A stretch of 64,000 nt of DNA from a virus (lineage: Duplodnaviria; Caudoviricetes): IMG/VR virus record IMGVR_UViG_3300021255_000140, positions 1 to 64,000 of that record; one strand, written 5' to 3'. Under the pieces are notes generated by a model that saw only the letters and a list, made by a program, of their open reading frames with translations, searched no databases and was not told where the DNA came from. The position numbers were made by a program, and so were the translations under genes. How positions within the stretch are numbered: position 1 is the stretch's first letter; every line of letters begins with the position of its first letter. This document shows, in pieces, positions 19,527-28,913 of the stretch.

Positions 19527-20015
19527 ATGGAAGAAATCAGATTAACAGCAGAACTGAAAAAGAACTGCGAAACGAACCGAGAGAAACTTTCCGAACTGAT
19601 GAAAGTGTATGACCTTTGTGCGCTTGGCTACGATATGCAGGAGCAACGCAGCAAAGACGTTTACAACAAAGTCTTGTCAGAAAACGAGTTCTACGCAAAA
19701 CGTGACTGCGGACGCTGCGAAATTAAAGTTGGTGAGAGGATAACAGACGAAAAGTTTGACTTCCTCCTTTCCGATGAAGACTTTACCCGTCTGCAAACTC
19801 TGGCTCGTCCAATCTTTGTAGCCGAAGGTATAACGGATGAAAACGGCTACTTCATTGAGAATTGGGTGACAAAAAAGGTTTCTGCGCGAAAAGATTTGGT
19901 AGAGTTTATCATCCAGAACATCGTGCCGAGCGAATTGCGCGAAACATTCTGGGAGGCGCGTCAAAACATCGTGCAAACAGATAAACTTATCTCAATCATG
20001 CGCTCAGTCGCTTAA
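19527..20015 (+). CDS. Hypothetical protein
   Basis: MEEIRLTAEL..., array gene. Confidence 0.7.
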   Translation: MEEIRLTAELKKNCETNREKLSELMKVYDLCALGYDMQEQRSKDVYNKVLSENEFYAKRDCGRCEIKVGERITDEKFDFLLSDEDFTRLQTLARPIFVAEGITDENGYFIENWVTKKVSARKDLVEFIIQNIVPSELRETFWEARQNIVQTDKLISIMRSVA

Positions 20016-20085
20016 CTACAAAACTTCTATGGTCCTTGCCGACTATGGAAGTACGATTATTAACCCCGCAAAAAAACAGAAGGCT

Positions 20086-20256
20086 ATGAGTAAAAGGAAA
20101 TATGCTTATTTCATCTTCCACACGGGCGAGGATGAATTTGAACAGACAGAAAGCTGGCAGCGTGTATTTACTCGCTACAATAGAAACGAAAGTGCTGCTA
20201 TCTACGGGATGCCAAACTATGACGGAGCGCAACTTGAAATAATAATGAGCAAGTAA
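20086..20256 (+). CDS. Small hypothetical protein
   Basis: MSKRKYAYF..., follows AGTACGA hairpin. Confidence 0.65.
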   Translation: MSKRKYAYFIFHTGEDEFEQTESWQRVFTRYNRNESAAIYGMPNYDGAQLEIIMSK

Positions 20257-20317
20257 CTATCTGGTGTTTGTGAACCGAACTTCACAGCCACCACCAAAAC
20301 TTTTAATTCTTACAATT

Positions 20318-20539
20318 ATGGTAACAAATAGAGAACTCCTGCAGAACAAGGTTAAGCGTATTAACGAGAAAACAAACATGGATTTAAGCATCGAAGGTTA
20401 TAACGATGAACTTTACTTGGTGAGTGAAAATAATGTTTTGTTTGAAAACATGGAAGTATATCGCACAGAAGACCAAATGTTTGAATACCTTGCAGGTCTG
20501 GAAGATGCGATTGACTACTTTCAAAGGCAGAAGGTGTAA
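20318..20539 (+). CDS. Hypothetical protein
   Basis: MVTNRELLQ..., array gene. Confidence 0.65.
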   Translation: MVTNRELLQNKVKRINEKTNMDLSIEGYNDELYLVSENNVLFENMEVYRTEDQMFEYLAGLEDAIDYFQRQKV

Positions 20540-20578
20540 CAACCTCCTGTCTTTCCATAACTTTTTAATTCACAGATT

Positions 20579-20809
20579 ATGGCATACACTATCAAAGGTT
20601 TGGCGAAAGCCAACGATTGCGAGACACACGATATGTATGGACTCGCAAGTTTATGGAGTTATTGGCTGGCTTGCAATGTTTGCGACCGCCAGAGTATCAA
20701 CGACTTTAAGCGTTTGCGCAAAGCTGACCGTCAGCAAATGTTGAATTTCCTTGCAAGTGACGCTGCATGGGCAGACATTCACACACACATTTGCGCAAAT
20801 CTATTCTAA
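20579..20809 (+). CDS. Hypothetical protein
   Basis: 76 aa, array gene. Confidence 0.65.
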   Translation: MAYTIKGLAKANDCETHDMYGLASLWSYWLACNVCDRQSINDFKRLRKADRQQMLNFLASDAAWADIHTHICANLF

Positions 20810-20865
20810 TCGGAGTGCGGAGGTTTGTCTCTCCGCATTCTACAACAAACCAAAAGATTTCAATT

Positions 20866-21231
20866 ATGACAGATGTAAAAAATGAAAGAGTGTACTTAGC
20901 ACTCAGGACTGTTGCAAAAAACTTGATAGAGCTTGCAAATCTTGGTCTTCCCAAAAATCAAAACATGAAAGTCATGAGTTTCTTTGCAACATCACGTTCT
21001 GGCGAGCATAAAGCGGAAATCATCATACACGGCTTAAAGAAAGAAAATTTAATGAGTCTTGTTTCTGGATGCAATTCGTATGTTTCCCGTCGGCAAACAA
21101 TGTTTGGATTAGGTATCGGCTATCGTGTACCGCTGGACGATATTATGCGACATATCATACTTTGTGATGATGATAGGTACGAAAGCAAAATTTGTCCAAA
21201 AGTAGCAATCTTCAACAAGAGTGAGACGTAA
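20866..21231 (+). CDS. Hypothetical protein
   Basis: MTDVKNERVY..., array gene. Confidence 0.65.
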   Translation: MTDVKNERVYLALRTVAKNLIELANLGLPKNQNMKVMSFFATSRSGEHKAEIIIHGLKKENLMSLVSGCNSYVSRRQTMFGLGIGYRVPLDDIMRHIILCDDDRYESKICPKVAIFNKSET

Positions 21232-21270
21232 AAGTCACACTCTTGTCAAATTAACCATAAGTTTTCAATT

Positions 21271-21486
21271 ATGTGTGATTACAACATTCCTGTATTTGCG
21301 ATTCGTCGCCAAAAGTCAGAAAAAGAAACCGATTGTGAAAGATTTTGGTACTACAAAACCAAAGAAGAAGCAGAAGATGTAGCGAAAAAGTTGAGCGGCT
21401 ACAAAGTTTCCGTTGAAAGATGGTGGTCAAATGTTCCGTTTGATGAGTTAGTCAAGGGTAATAGAACGAGATACCCTAATCTTTAA
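21271..21486 (+). CDS. Hypothetical protein
   Basis: 71 aa, array gene. Confidence 0.65.
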   Translation: MCDYNIPVFAIRRQKSEKETDCERFWYYKTKEEAEDVAKKLSGYKVSVERWWSNVPFDELVKGNRTRYPNL

Positions 21487-21542
21487 GGATTTGGCAGACT
21501 TGACACTGCCAATCCACAAGTGTTCACTTAAAACTTACGATT

Positions 21543-21818
21543 ATGGCAAATTTAGCAGACCAATTAAGAAAAGAGTACATCGAAAAATGCGATTTTCAGA
21601 AGTATCTCGATTACGTTGCAGAGCGAATCCGGGCTGGGAAAAACGAAGTGTGGTTTGGGCTACCTTGGAACGACAACTGCAAGGGCATCCAATACTACAC
21701 CGACATCAATCTTGCTGAATCGCTCGTCCTTAAATTCCGAGACGAAGGATTCCGTGTTGATGAGCTTCGCGCAAATGGATTCAGTGGCAGGTTACTACAA
21801 TTTGAAGTCACACTCTGA
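21543..21818 (+). CDS. Hypothetical protein
   Basis: 91 aa, array gene. Confidence 0.7.
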   Translation: MANLADQLRKEYIEKCDFQKYLDYVAERIRAGKNEVWFGLPWNDNCKGIQYYTDINLAESLVLKFRDEGFRVDELRANGFSGRLLQFEVTL

Positions 21819-21882
21819 GGTCTGTGCTGTCTGCAAGAAATTACAGATGGCACACTAATTGTCTCACTAAAACTTAATCATT

Positions 21883-22086
21883 ATGGGTAAAATTCAAATC
21901 ACAAACGATTCTGGGCAAGTCTATCCAGACGGAACCATTATCAGCGTAGACCAACTTTTCAGAGACTACAAAGACACTCTGACTGAGAAAAATATGAATA
22001 CCTACCACTGGCTTTGCCGTATTCCAATTCCTTCAGCAATAGACTTTATTGCAAAGGCTTGGGGATTCAATTACAAGTTTGTATGA
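21883..22086 (+). CDS. Hypothetical protein
   Basis: 67 aa, array gene. Confidence 0.65.
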   Translation: MGKIQITNDSGQVYPDGTIISVDQLFRDYKDTLTEKNMNTYHWLCRIPIPSAIDFIAKAWGFNYKFV

Positions 22087-22155
22087 AACTCTTTTCAAGA
22101 CCAAAGCCGAGCAACATCGGCTCTGGTTACTATGTCTAACCAAAATGATTGAATT

Positions 22156-22686
22156 ATGGAAAAGTATTTGAAAAGACTATGCAACGCAATTCTCAAAGGC
22201 AGATTCAACGATGAGAATTACAGAAGAAGAAATTCGTGGTATGGTCGCGAAATTGATACACAGCCACTATTCTGCTCCTATGCGCTAATCGGATTTACCG
22301 TTTCTGTCTATAACTTGAACGGAAGTCATTTCTGTGATGTGAAATGGGATGGTGACTTGAAAGAGTTGACCATTGACGATGTTCCGTGGAAAGAATATCT
22401 AAACATTCTCTATCTTGAAGACTTCGGCATCACATCAAATGGCGACGGAGAACTTGAGTGCTATACTGATGCAGGCGAGGACATGATTATCTTGCTTGAC
22501 AAAGTACGGAAAAAGAATCTGCAAGAGTACATTGACAACTTCGACATCAACGAAAGAGTCCTTATGTGGTGGTCATACGGCAGGCAAGAGACCGGAACTC
22601 CATTTGCCAACGTGAAAGAGCATTACGAGGACTACGAAGCCTATTTGAGAAAACTACAGAAAGTATGTAGCAAAATGCCGTACTAA
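22156..22686 (+). CDS. Hypothetical protein
   Basis: 176 aa, array gene. Confidence 0.7.
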   Translation: MEKYLKRLCNAILKGRFNDENYRRRNSWYGREIDTQPLFCSYALIGFTVSVYNLNGSHFCDVKWDGDLKELTIDDVPWKEYLNILYLEDFGITSNGDGELECYTDAGEDMIILLDKVRKKNLQEYIDNFDINERVLMWWSYGRQETGTPFANVKEHYEDYEAYLRKLQKVCSKMPY

Positions 22687-22760
22687 CCTCTTTTACTCCC
22701 TACGCCCTGACCAACGTAGAGGGTACAAATACATTATCAACCAAAAGAAATGAATCAATT

Positions 22761-23012
22761 ATGACAAAAATCAATTCACTCGAACATCTTAAAGAAGTCT
22801 GCAACCCTTACGAGCCAGAGGACTTCTTCATCAGTCTCAACTTCGGCCTGCGCTCATCAAAGTGCATCACCTACGATGAAGACACCGACACGTTCTTTGT
22901 CCTCAACGAAATCGACGACACGGAAGACGAGTTCAACTCAGAGCAAATCATGGACGATAACCTGACAGACATCGGGAAGGCCATCCGTGCCGGACAGTTC
23001 TATCACTACTAA
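22761..23012 (+). CDS. Highly acidic small protein
   Basis: 83 aa, D/E-rich (YDEDTD, EIDDTEDE). Confidence 0.7.
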   Translation: MTKINSLEHLKEVCNPYEPEDFFISLNFGLRSSKCITYDEDTDTFFVLNEIDDTEDEFNSEQIMDDNLTDIGKAIRAGQFYHY

Positions 23013-23077
23013 AACACGGAGCGCAGGACTGAAACCCTGCTCTCCGGCCATTCACTAACCAATTAAGACAAAAGATT

Positions 23078-23494
23078 ATGGGATCAATTAAAATTTCAAA
23101 AGAAAGTTTGGATGCTTTCAAGAATGGCGAGAGAATTATCCCTGCGCCAATAGACAACAAGAATCTGTTGGAAGACCCGTTTGAGAATGAAGTCTTTGGA
23201 AACTTCTACGCTTGCTGCAATCATCGCAAGGATGGGTTAAGACATCTTATAGGAATGAAAGATGAAGCCTTTGTAGAAGTATGTTGGAGGTTCGGCTCAA
23301 ACCAGATAGAAATACTTGTTGTTGCCGTCAATCCCTGCGAAGACTTTGAAGAAACAAGCAAAGAAATCTATGAGGAATACAAGAAAGAGTTTTCTTCATG
23401 GCAATGCGAGGATAACCCGGGGCTTGTAGTGAAGTTCAGTGGTGAAAAGGAACGTCGCTTATTTGTCAGCTTCTTCTTCAAAGACGAAGACTAA
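23078..23494 (+). CDS. Hypothetical protein
   Basis: 138 aa, array gene. Confidence 0.7.
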   Translation: MGSIKISKESLDAFKNGERIIPAPIDNKNLLEDPFENEVFGNFYACCNHRKDGLRHLIGMKDEAFVEVCWRFGSNQIEILVVAVNPCEDFEETSKEIYEEYKKEFSSWQCEDNPGLVVKFSGEKERRLFVSFFFKDED

Positions 23495-23560
23495 TCTCTC
23501 TTTACCTGCAAAGTCTCTACAAACATTGCAGGTACGATATTCACAAATAATGATACAATT

Positions 23561-23851
23561 ATGACAAAGATTCAGTTAGCAACAAAGATTTGGGTGATGT
23601 GGTGCTACAACTTCGACCGCCCAGAAACTTTCATCGGTTACATCTGTGAAAAGACTGGTAAACAATACCTCAAAGACCATCTGCTTTCAAAGTGGAACCA
23701 TTTGTATGAAACTTTCGGCTACCGCTCTGTGATGAATGACTTTTACTCAGGCATCGATACAGACTTACAGAACGCGCTCCTTGACTACGCTTTCAACATC
23801 TATGCACCAAGAGGAATGAAGAGCATTTACGTAAAGTTCTGCAATGCTTAA
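23561..23851 (+). CDS. Hypothetical protein
   Basis: 96 aa, array gene. Confidence 0.7.
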   Translation: MTKIQLATKIWVMWCYNFDRPETFIGYICEKTGKQYLKDHLLSKWNHLYETFGYRSVMNDFYSGIDTDLQNALLDYAFNIYAPRGMKSIYVKFCNA

Positions 23852-23921
23852 ACCTTTCAAACTCTCACTTAAGTAACATTCGGTGAGAGTCCTATTGTAT
23901 AACCATTAAAATTCAATTAAC

Positions 23922-24323
23922 ATGGAAATCAAAGTAAACATCCCAAAGAACGATTACGTTCAGCCAAAGGAAGTCAGACAATGGGTCGTACAAGGTATTT
24001 GCGAGGCTTTCTTATCGCATTGCTGTTGGAGCATCTTCCATCCGCACAACGATGGCTTTTATCGTCAGGCAACAACTTCTATCGTTCGCCATCGAAACTC
24101 CAAAGAGTTTTACGGATTCCATCATGGGGCACTGCTCGATTCTGACGAAAGTGTAAGATTCAACGGAGAGGAAATGAAAACCGCATTCATCGCATTGATA
24201 GACGCTGGCTACCACATCTTCAAAGTTTATCAGTACGGAAGTTGGCTCGGATTCAAATGCTCTAAAAAACCACACATTGACAATGGGTGCGAAGTCTTCT
24301 CGTTCAATGATTTCATAGATTAA
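23922..24323 (+). CDS. Hypothetical protein
   Basis: 133 aa, array gene. Confidence 0.7.
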   Translation: MEIKVNIPKNDYVQPKEVRQWVVQGICEAFLSHCCWSIFHPHNDGFYRQATTSIVRHRNSKEFYGFHHGALLDSDESVRFNGEEMKTAFIALIDAGYHIFKVYQYGSWLGFKCSKKPHIDNGCEVFSFNDFID

Positions 24324-24401
24324 GCCTATTGCCAACAAACTGCCAGAACATAAAACTCTGGCGGTTTTCTTTTTATGTCTAACCAATAAAATTCAGAAAT
24401 T

Positions 24402-24749
24402 ATGGAAAGAACCAATTCAATCACACTAACATTTGACTTCGACCGAATACTGAAAGGATATGTTACGGATGAAGAAGGTCTCATTGCCGAAACTGTAAGG
24501 GAAACGATGAGCAAAGAGAAAAAAGTCCTTGAATGGTACACCGAAAAGTACCCTACGGACGAGTTTGGAAAGAAAATCAACGAAACACTCACATGGTTGG
24601 GACTTCTCAACTCAATGCGTGACCATAAAGAAGTATATGAAACCATCGGTGTCAGTGACAGTATTGTCAGGGAAAGGTGCTTTGCAAAGTTGGCAAGCCT
24701 TATGTTTGTTCCGTATGACGTAATCTACAATCTCTGGCTATCGTACTAA
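24402..24749 (+). CDS. Hypothetical protein
   Basis: 115 aa, array gene. Confidence 0.7.
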   Translation: MERTNSITLTFDFDRILKGYVTDEEGLIAETVRETMSKEKKVLEWYTEKYPTDEFGKKINETLTWLGLLNSMRDHKEVYETIGVSDSIVRERCFAKLASLMFVPYDVIYNLWLSY

Positions 24750-24817
24750 ACTCTCGCAGACCATTTCGTTTTAATCAACGGAATGGACACAATTTATTAA
24801 CTCTAAAATTCAATGAT

Positions 24818-25078
24818 ATGAAAGTTTATTTAATGCAACAAGAGAGCAAAGTGGACGGAGATATGCTATTCAACGTAGTGCCATGTTCCAATGAAGAAAC
24901 TGCAAAAAGAGAGATGCAGAAAGAAATTAGAACTCTTCTTAACGAAAGTCATTTCATCGCCTATAATGACAGACCAGATGATTTTATTTTGGAGCAGACG
25001 GAAACATCTTACTACATTGAAGATACTTGCGACGACTACTACGAACACATTTGGATTGAGGAGAAAGAGATTCTTTGA
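24818..25078 (+). CDS. Acidic hypothetical protein
   Basis: 86 aa, array gene. Confidence 0.7.
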   Translation: MKVYLMQQESKVDGDMLFNVVPCSNEETAKREMQKEIRTLLNESHFIAYNDRPDDFILEQTETSYYIEDTCDDYYEHIWIEEKEIL

Positions 25079-25141
25079 CTACTGCCTTGCATGACAGAAA
25101 TGTCATACAAAGCGCAATTTTAACCGATAAAGAATACAATT

Positions 25142-25720
25142 ATGAGAAAAGAAAAAGCACCTATTATGAGAAAAGGTTTTGACCTGTACGCACTGAATAT
25201 TGAGTTTGCCGACCTGCTCCGTAAGCACGATGACGATATGGATGTGAACGGAGAGAGCCGCCCGAAGTTCTTAGAAATACTCAAAGACGCAGAATCTGGT
25301 AATGCCGATGTCGCATCAATCTGTAATTTTTGGGCAACAGCATTCAACGCTTACGATGAACTATGCTCCTTGCACCAAAATCTGCGTGAAACATTTGATT
25401 GGTATTGTGGTGCATTTACGACCCCATATCCTAACAACGAGTATGACTTATATATTGGCGAATCTGAAGACGCAACCTTTGTTCCAGTTAGAGATAAAGA
25501 GCCTGACGAAGAAAGAAGTATTTGGCTGCGTTCAGGCATAAGGCTTACTGCTTCAAAGGATGATATTGAAAAAGTTATTCAGGGAGATAGTGGAACATTC
25601 TACAAACTCATACAAAAAGGGCAGTACAGATTATGCGGAACTCATATTCCTTCTTGCGAAATAGACGAATACAACGAGGAATATGGTACTAATTTCAAGA
25701 GTGATGATGTCACACTCTGA
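25142..25720 (+). CDS. Hypothetical protein
   Basis: 192 aa, array gene. Confidence 0.7.
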   Translation: MRKEKAPIMRKGFDLYALNIEFADLLRKHDDDMDVNGESRPKFLEILKDAESGNADVASICNFWATAFNAYDELCSLHQNLRETFDWYCGAFTTPYPNNEYDLYIGESEDATFVPVRDKEPDEERSIWLRSGIRLTASKDDIEKVIQGDSGTFYKLIQKGQYRLCGTHIPSCEIDEYNEEYGTNFKSDDVTL

Positions 25721-25785
25721 TGTTTCAGTGTGCGCAATTAATCTTGCGCCACTGACTATTGTCAAATCATTAAAATTCAATTAAT

Positions 25786-26262
25786 ATGGAAATCAAAGAT
25801 TTAATTATGGTTGCCCGCAACTGCCAGGAACAACTTATCAATGCGCTCACAGAGTATGTCCGCGAACATGGTGAGGAAATGAGCGATTATTTCTACAATG
25901 AGTTTGGGATGTACGAAGAGGACGAGGAAGGTGTGAAGATTACCCATGTACTCGACACATCCGACATAGGTTGCTCCTTTGCCCGCCAATTCAATGTCAA
26001 CGATGATAACTTGAAAGACATCGACCGGCATGACGAAGGCTTTGAGATTTTTGACAAACTGGAAGAGTCTTTCCACTATGCTACATATTTGGCCTTCTAT
26101 ATTGTCAGGGATGCCGACGGTAACGAGGATTTGAAGTATTATTGCTTCTACAACGACGGAGTATGTTATCAAGAAGATTCAGAACCTGACCATGACAGTG
26201 TTGAAAGTCTTTCGCTTGACGAATTACGTTACATCTACGAAGCAATCATTAAAAGTGAGTAA
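25786..26262 (+). CDS. Highly acidic hypothetical protein
   Basis: 158 aa, very D/E-rich. Confidence 0.7.
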   Translation: MEIKDLIMVARNCQEQLINALTEYVREHGEEMSDYFYNEFGMYEEDEEGVKITHVLDTSDIGCSFARQFNVNDDNLKDIDRHDEGFEIFDKLEESFHYATYLAFYIVRDADGNEDLKYYCFYNDGVCYQEDSEPDHDSVESLSLDELRYIYEAIIKSE

Positions 26263-26325
26263 ACTTTATCTGTAAGCAGTTTTGCGACTGCTTGCGGAGC
26301 GTTTAATTTATAAAATCAAAAAATT

Positions 26326-26787
26326 ATGGCAACATTACAGAAGATTTGGTCCGAACCGAATCCGGACAAAGAGCAGATGATTACTGAACTGCATGAGTTT
26401 GTAACAGACTCCAAGAATGACTATGCTCTTACCACACCGGTCATAGTCAATACAGAGGACGGCAAAACTTTGGAGGTAAAGTATTTTGCCCGTGACATAG
26501 ACCGTAATGACATTTTTTGTATGGACAAGGAGTGGGGTGACCCTTACGAGGGCAGTATCTACGTCATGCGGGAACTTACGGTTGAGTCTGTGCGGAAAAT
26601 TTACAAGTCCATAAAGTCCCAAGAAATTGATAATGGATGGGACTGGCGCGAACACGCAATCGATTTGTTAAATGAGCTCCACCCTGAAATTGAGAACGAA
26701 GAGTTCATTTTTGACTTTGTGGGCGAATACTGGATGAATCTCGCCACGGATTCTGAAAACATTGCAAAGTTTGAACTGACACTTTGA
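26326..26787 (+). CDS. Acidic hypothetical protein
   Basis: 153 aa, array gene. Confidence 0.7.
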   Translation: MATLQKIWSEPNPDKEQMITELHEFVTDSKNDYALTTPVIVNTEDGKTLEVKYFARDIDRNDIFCMDKEWGDPYEGSIYVMRELTVESVRKIYKSIKSQEIDNGWDWREHAIDLLNELHPEIENEEFIFDFVGEYWMNLATDSENIAKFELTL

Positions 26788-26854
26788 CATGCATACCATT
26801 TTCGTACAGCCACGAAAATGGTAACTGTTTTTAACCAATAAATATTTTTCAATT

Positions 26855-27328
26855 ATGATTATCGCATTTTACAAAGTTAACAATTCGCTCAACTACGAGC
26901 GACATGAGTTTGACACCGACAGACCTGAGACCATCATTGAGAAATTGCAAAGACTTCCAGAAGACGAAGTGAAGCTCTATGATGGTGACAACTATAGTTG
27001 GCAGGGGAAAGAGCCTACGCTTGCAGACTTCGAGTACGACTACAACAACGAGGAACTTGATGGAGACTGGTGGTGCATCATTATCAACTACACAAAGCAG
27101 AAAGAAAAGAAGCAGACTCTCGAAGGAATGGTGAAAAAACACGATGTTCCAGATGCTATTTTTACGAAAGAACAGACAGAACTTTTGAATGAGGCCATTC
27201 TTTCCCTCATGGAGAAAAATAATTTTATGTGGAAGATGTCTGCCAATGGCAAAGTTAAGGCTATGCTACTGGAAGAAAACGGGAAATTGAGACGACTTCA
27301 GGAAACGCTCATCGACTATTTCTGTTAA
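26855..27328 (+). CDS. Hypothetical protein
   Basis: 157 aa, array gene. Confidence 0.7.
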   Translation: MIIAFYKVNNSLNYERHEFDTDRPETIIEKLQRLPEDEVKLYDGDNYSWQGKEPTLADFEYDYNNEELDGDWWCIIINYTKQKEKKQTLEGMVKKHDVPDAIFTKEQTELLNEAILSLMEKNNFMWKMSANGKVKAMLLEENGKLRRLQETLIDYFC

Positions 27329-27394
27329 AACATTGGGAGAATATGGTTGGTTCCATATCTCCTACAAATTATCAACAACTTAATATTTTTGATT

Positions 27395-27724
27395 ATGGAA
27401 AATTTAACGCCTATGATGAATCAGTATTACGATTTGAAAAGCAAGCACCCTGATGCTCTGCTCTTATTTCGCTGTGGTAATTTTTATGAGACTTGGGAAA
27501 ATGATGCCGTTGAAATTTCGAAGGTTCTCGGCATAACGCTGACAAAAAGCAACAAGCAAAAGAACATTGACGGAATGCCGTTAAGAATGGCAGGATTCCC
27601 TTATCATGCCCTTGACACTTATCTGCCAAAACTCATAAGAGCAGGAAAGAGAGTATGCATCTGCGACCAGCTTGAAGCCCCGAGGACTGCCGTCAAACGA
27701 AGTGTGACGGACATGATCAAGTGA
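27395..27724 (+). CDS. Stand-alone MutS domain I (mismatch-binding) protein
   Basis: [28 protein letters not shown]...[30 protein letters not shown], only 109 aa. Confidence 0.9.
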   Translation: MENLTPMMNQYYDLKSKHPDALLLFRCGNFYETWENDAVEISKVLGITLTKSNKQKNIDGMPLRMAGFPYHALDTYLPKLIRAGKRVCICDQLEAPRTAVKRSVTDMIK

Positions 27725-27795
27725 ATTTGAACAAAACTACGTACTTTTGCCGTCAGATTAGCAGTCTGCACGGCAAGCAATAACTTAAACCAAGC

Positions 27796-27960
27796 ATGAT
27801 GAAAAAAGCAACCGTTAAAATTGAAATTAAAGTTGACTGCGAATATGATAATACCGTCTGGTCAGAGAACGACGCAAGGGATGCCATAAGATTTCTCGCA
27901 GACGCCAATTTGCAGATTCAACACCAATATGTAAAGATTATTGGCTATACGATGAAATAA
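27796..27960 (+). CDS. Small hypothetical protein (54 aa)
   Basis: Hand translation MMKKATVKIEIKVDCEYD...; TACTTTTG at 27742 upstream. Confidence 0.55.
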   Translation: MMKKATVKIEIKVDCEYDNTVWSENDARDAIRFLADANLQIQHQYVKIIGYTMK

Positions 27961-28063
27961 AATGTCATTATTTGCGTGTTTATTGATAATAATTCGTATC
28001 TTTGCATTGTTTTGTTTACTAACCCGTTTAGGGTTCTTTTTTCATAAAATTAAAATTTAGAGT

Positions 28064-28097
28064 GTGCCGGGCGATTAACTTCGTCCGGCATTTCTTT
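28064..28097 (+). terminator. Probable intrinsic terminator
   Basis: TGCCGGGCGA-ttaact-TCGTCCGGCA followed by TTTCTTT. Confidence 0.6.
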
Positions 28098-28218
28098 GGC
28101 ACATTGCACATATTTTCGTATATTTGCAAACAAATTGAACAATCGTCTGTACCTTGCATACTGGTTGCGACAGACTTTATGCGAGCCAAGTTTGTTTAAC
28201 ATTTTAAAAATTTCAATT

Positions 28219-28899
28219 ATGAAGAAAAGAAAACTATTTGTATTGGTCAACAATGTTTGGCGTGCGGATGATTATCTGAATGGAAGAAATTGCGACTCTG
28301 CATTTACAGACTTGTACTTGTTCTCTACGAAAGAAGATGCAGAAAAGCAAGCAAAGAATCTTGATGTCGACAGCGACTTGTACAACGATTGTTCTATATG
28401 CGTAGGAACGCTTTCCGAAAAGGAAATACTTGACATATCTGGATTTGAGAGTATTGCTGATTTTGATGAAGCCCTACGCGAGCCTTATGCTACTGGACGG
28501 GAAAAATCAAAAGGAAACAAAAACTACGGCGAGTCCGAAAAGACAAAAGTTGCCATTGAAATTTTTGAATCCCCAGACGAAACCTACGATAGCGTTGATT
28601 GTGCCAATTACGACTTTGACAAGTCGCTTGACGGTGCGATACTCGTATTCTGGAAATGGGAGCGTTACATAGGTTACGCCCGCAAATGTCTTGAAGTGCG
28701 CAAAGCACACAGCGATGACACGGAGGCGCTATTGGTGAAACGGGACAACACAACATCACCGCAGGTCGATGTTCTTCTTACCGCAGAAGAGGTTGGCAAA
28801 GCCAGGGATTTGCATGAGGCCGTAAGCCTTGCTCTCGGTGAGGAACATTGGAAATGGACGAATCCGGGATTTGTCAAAAGTAAAATCAATGAGTTATAA
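28219..28899 (+). CDS. Hypothetical protein
   Basis: MKKRKLFVLV..., TATATTTG -7 element at 28119. Confidence 0.7.
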   Translation: MKKRKLFVLVNNVWRADDYLNGRNCDSAFTDLYLFSTKEDAEKQAKNLDVDSDLYNDCSICVGTLSEKEILDISGFESIADFDEALREPYATGREKSKGNKNYGESEKTKVAIEIFESPDETYDSVDCANYDFDKSLDGAILVFWKWERYIGYARKCLEVRKAHSDDTEALLVKRDNTTSPQVDVLLTAEEVGKARDLHEAVSLALGEEHWKWTNPGFVKSKINEL

Positions 28900-28913
28900 T
28901 AAAAGCGCAGGAC

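Larger units (their letters stand above)
14008..27394 (+). repeat. Dispersed intergenic hairpin plus A-rich leader elements, about 33 copies
   Basis: Nearly every spacer is 56-90 nt (mostly 61-70) with a 10-13 bp stem, no U-tract, then an A-rich leader ending (A/T)ATG; AGTACGA at 14390, 14685, 14930, 15468, 15743, 16135, 16508, 17242, 17468, 20050. Confidence 0.85.

Noticed and set aside
14008-27394. Intergenic hairpins as Rho-independent terminators
   Set aside because: Almost all are followed by A-rich rather than U-rich sequence, and the spacers lack TAnnTTTG promoters to restart transcription.
14008-27394. Classical integron attC sites
   Set aside because: No RYYYAAC/GTTRRRY boxes, stems are too short, wobble pairs favour the top strand, and no IntI-specific insertion was recognised in the recombinase; kept only as an analogy.
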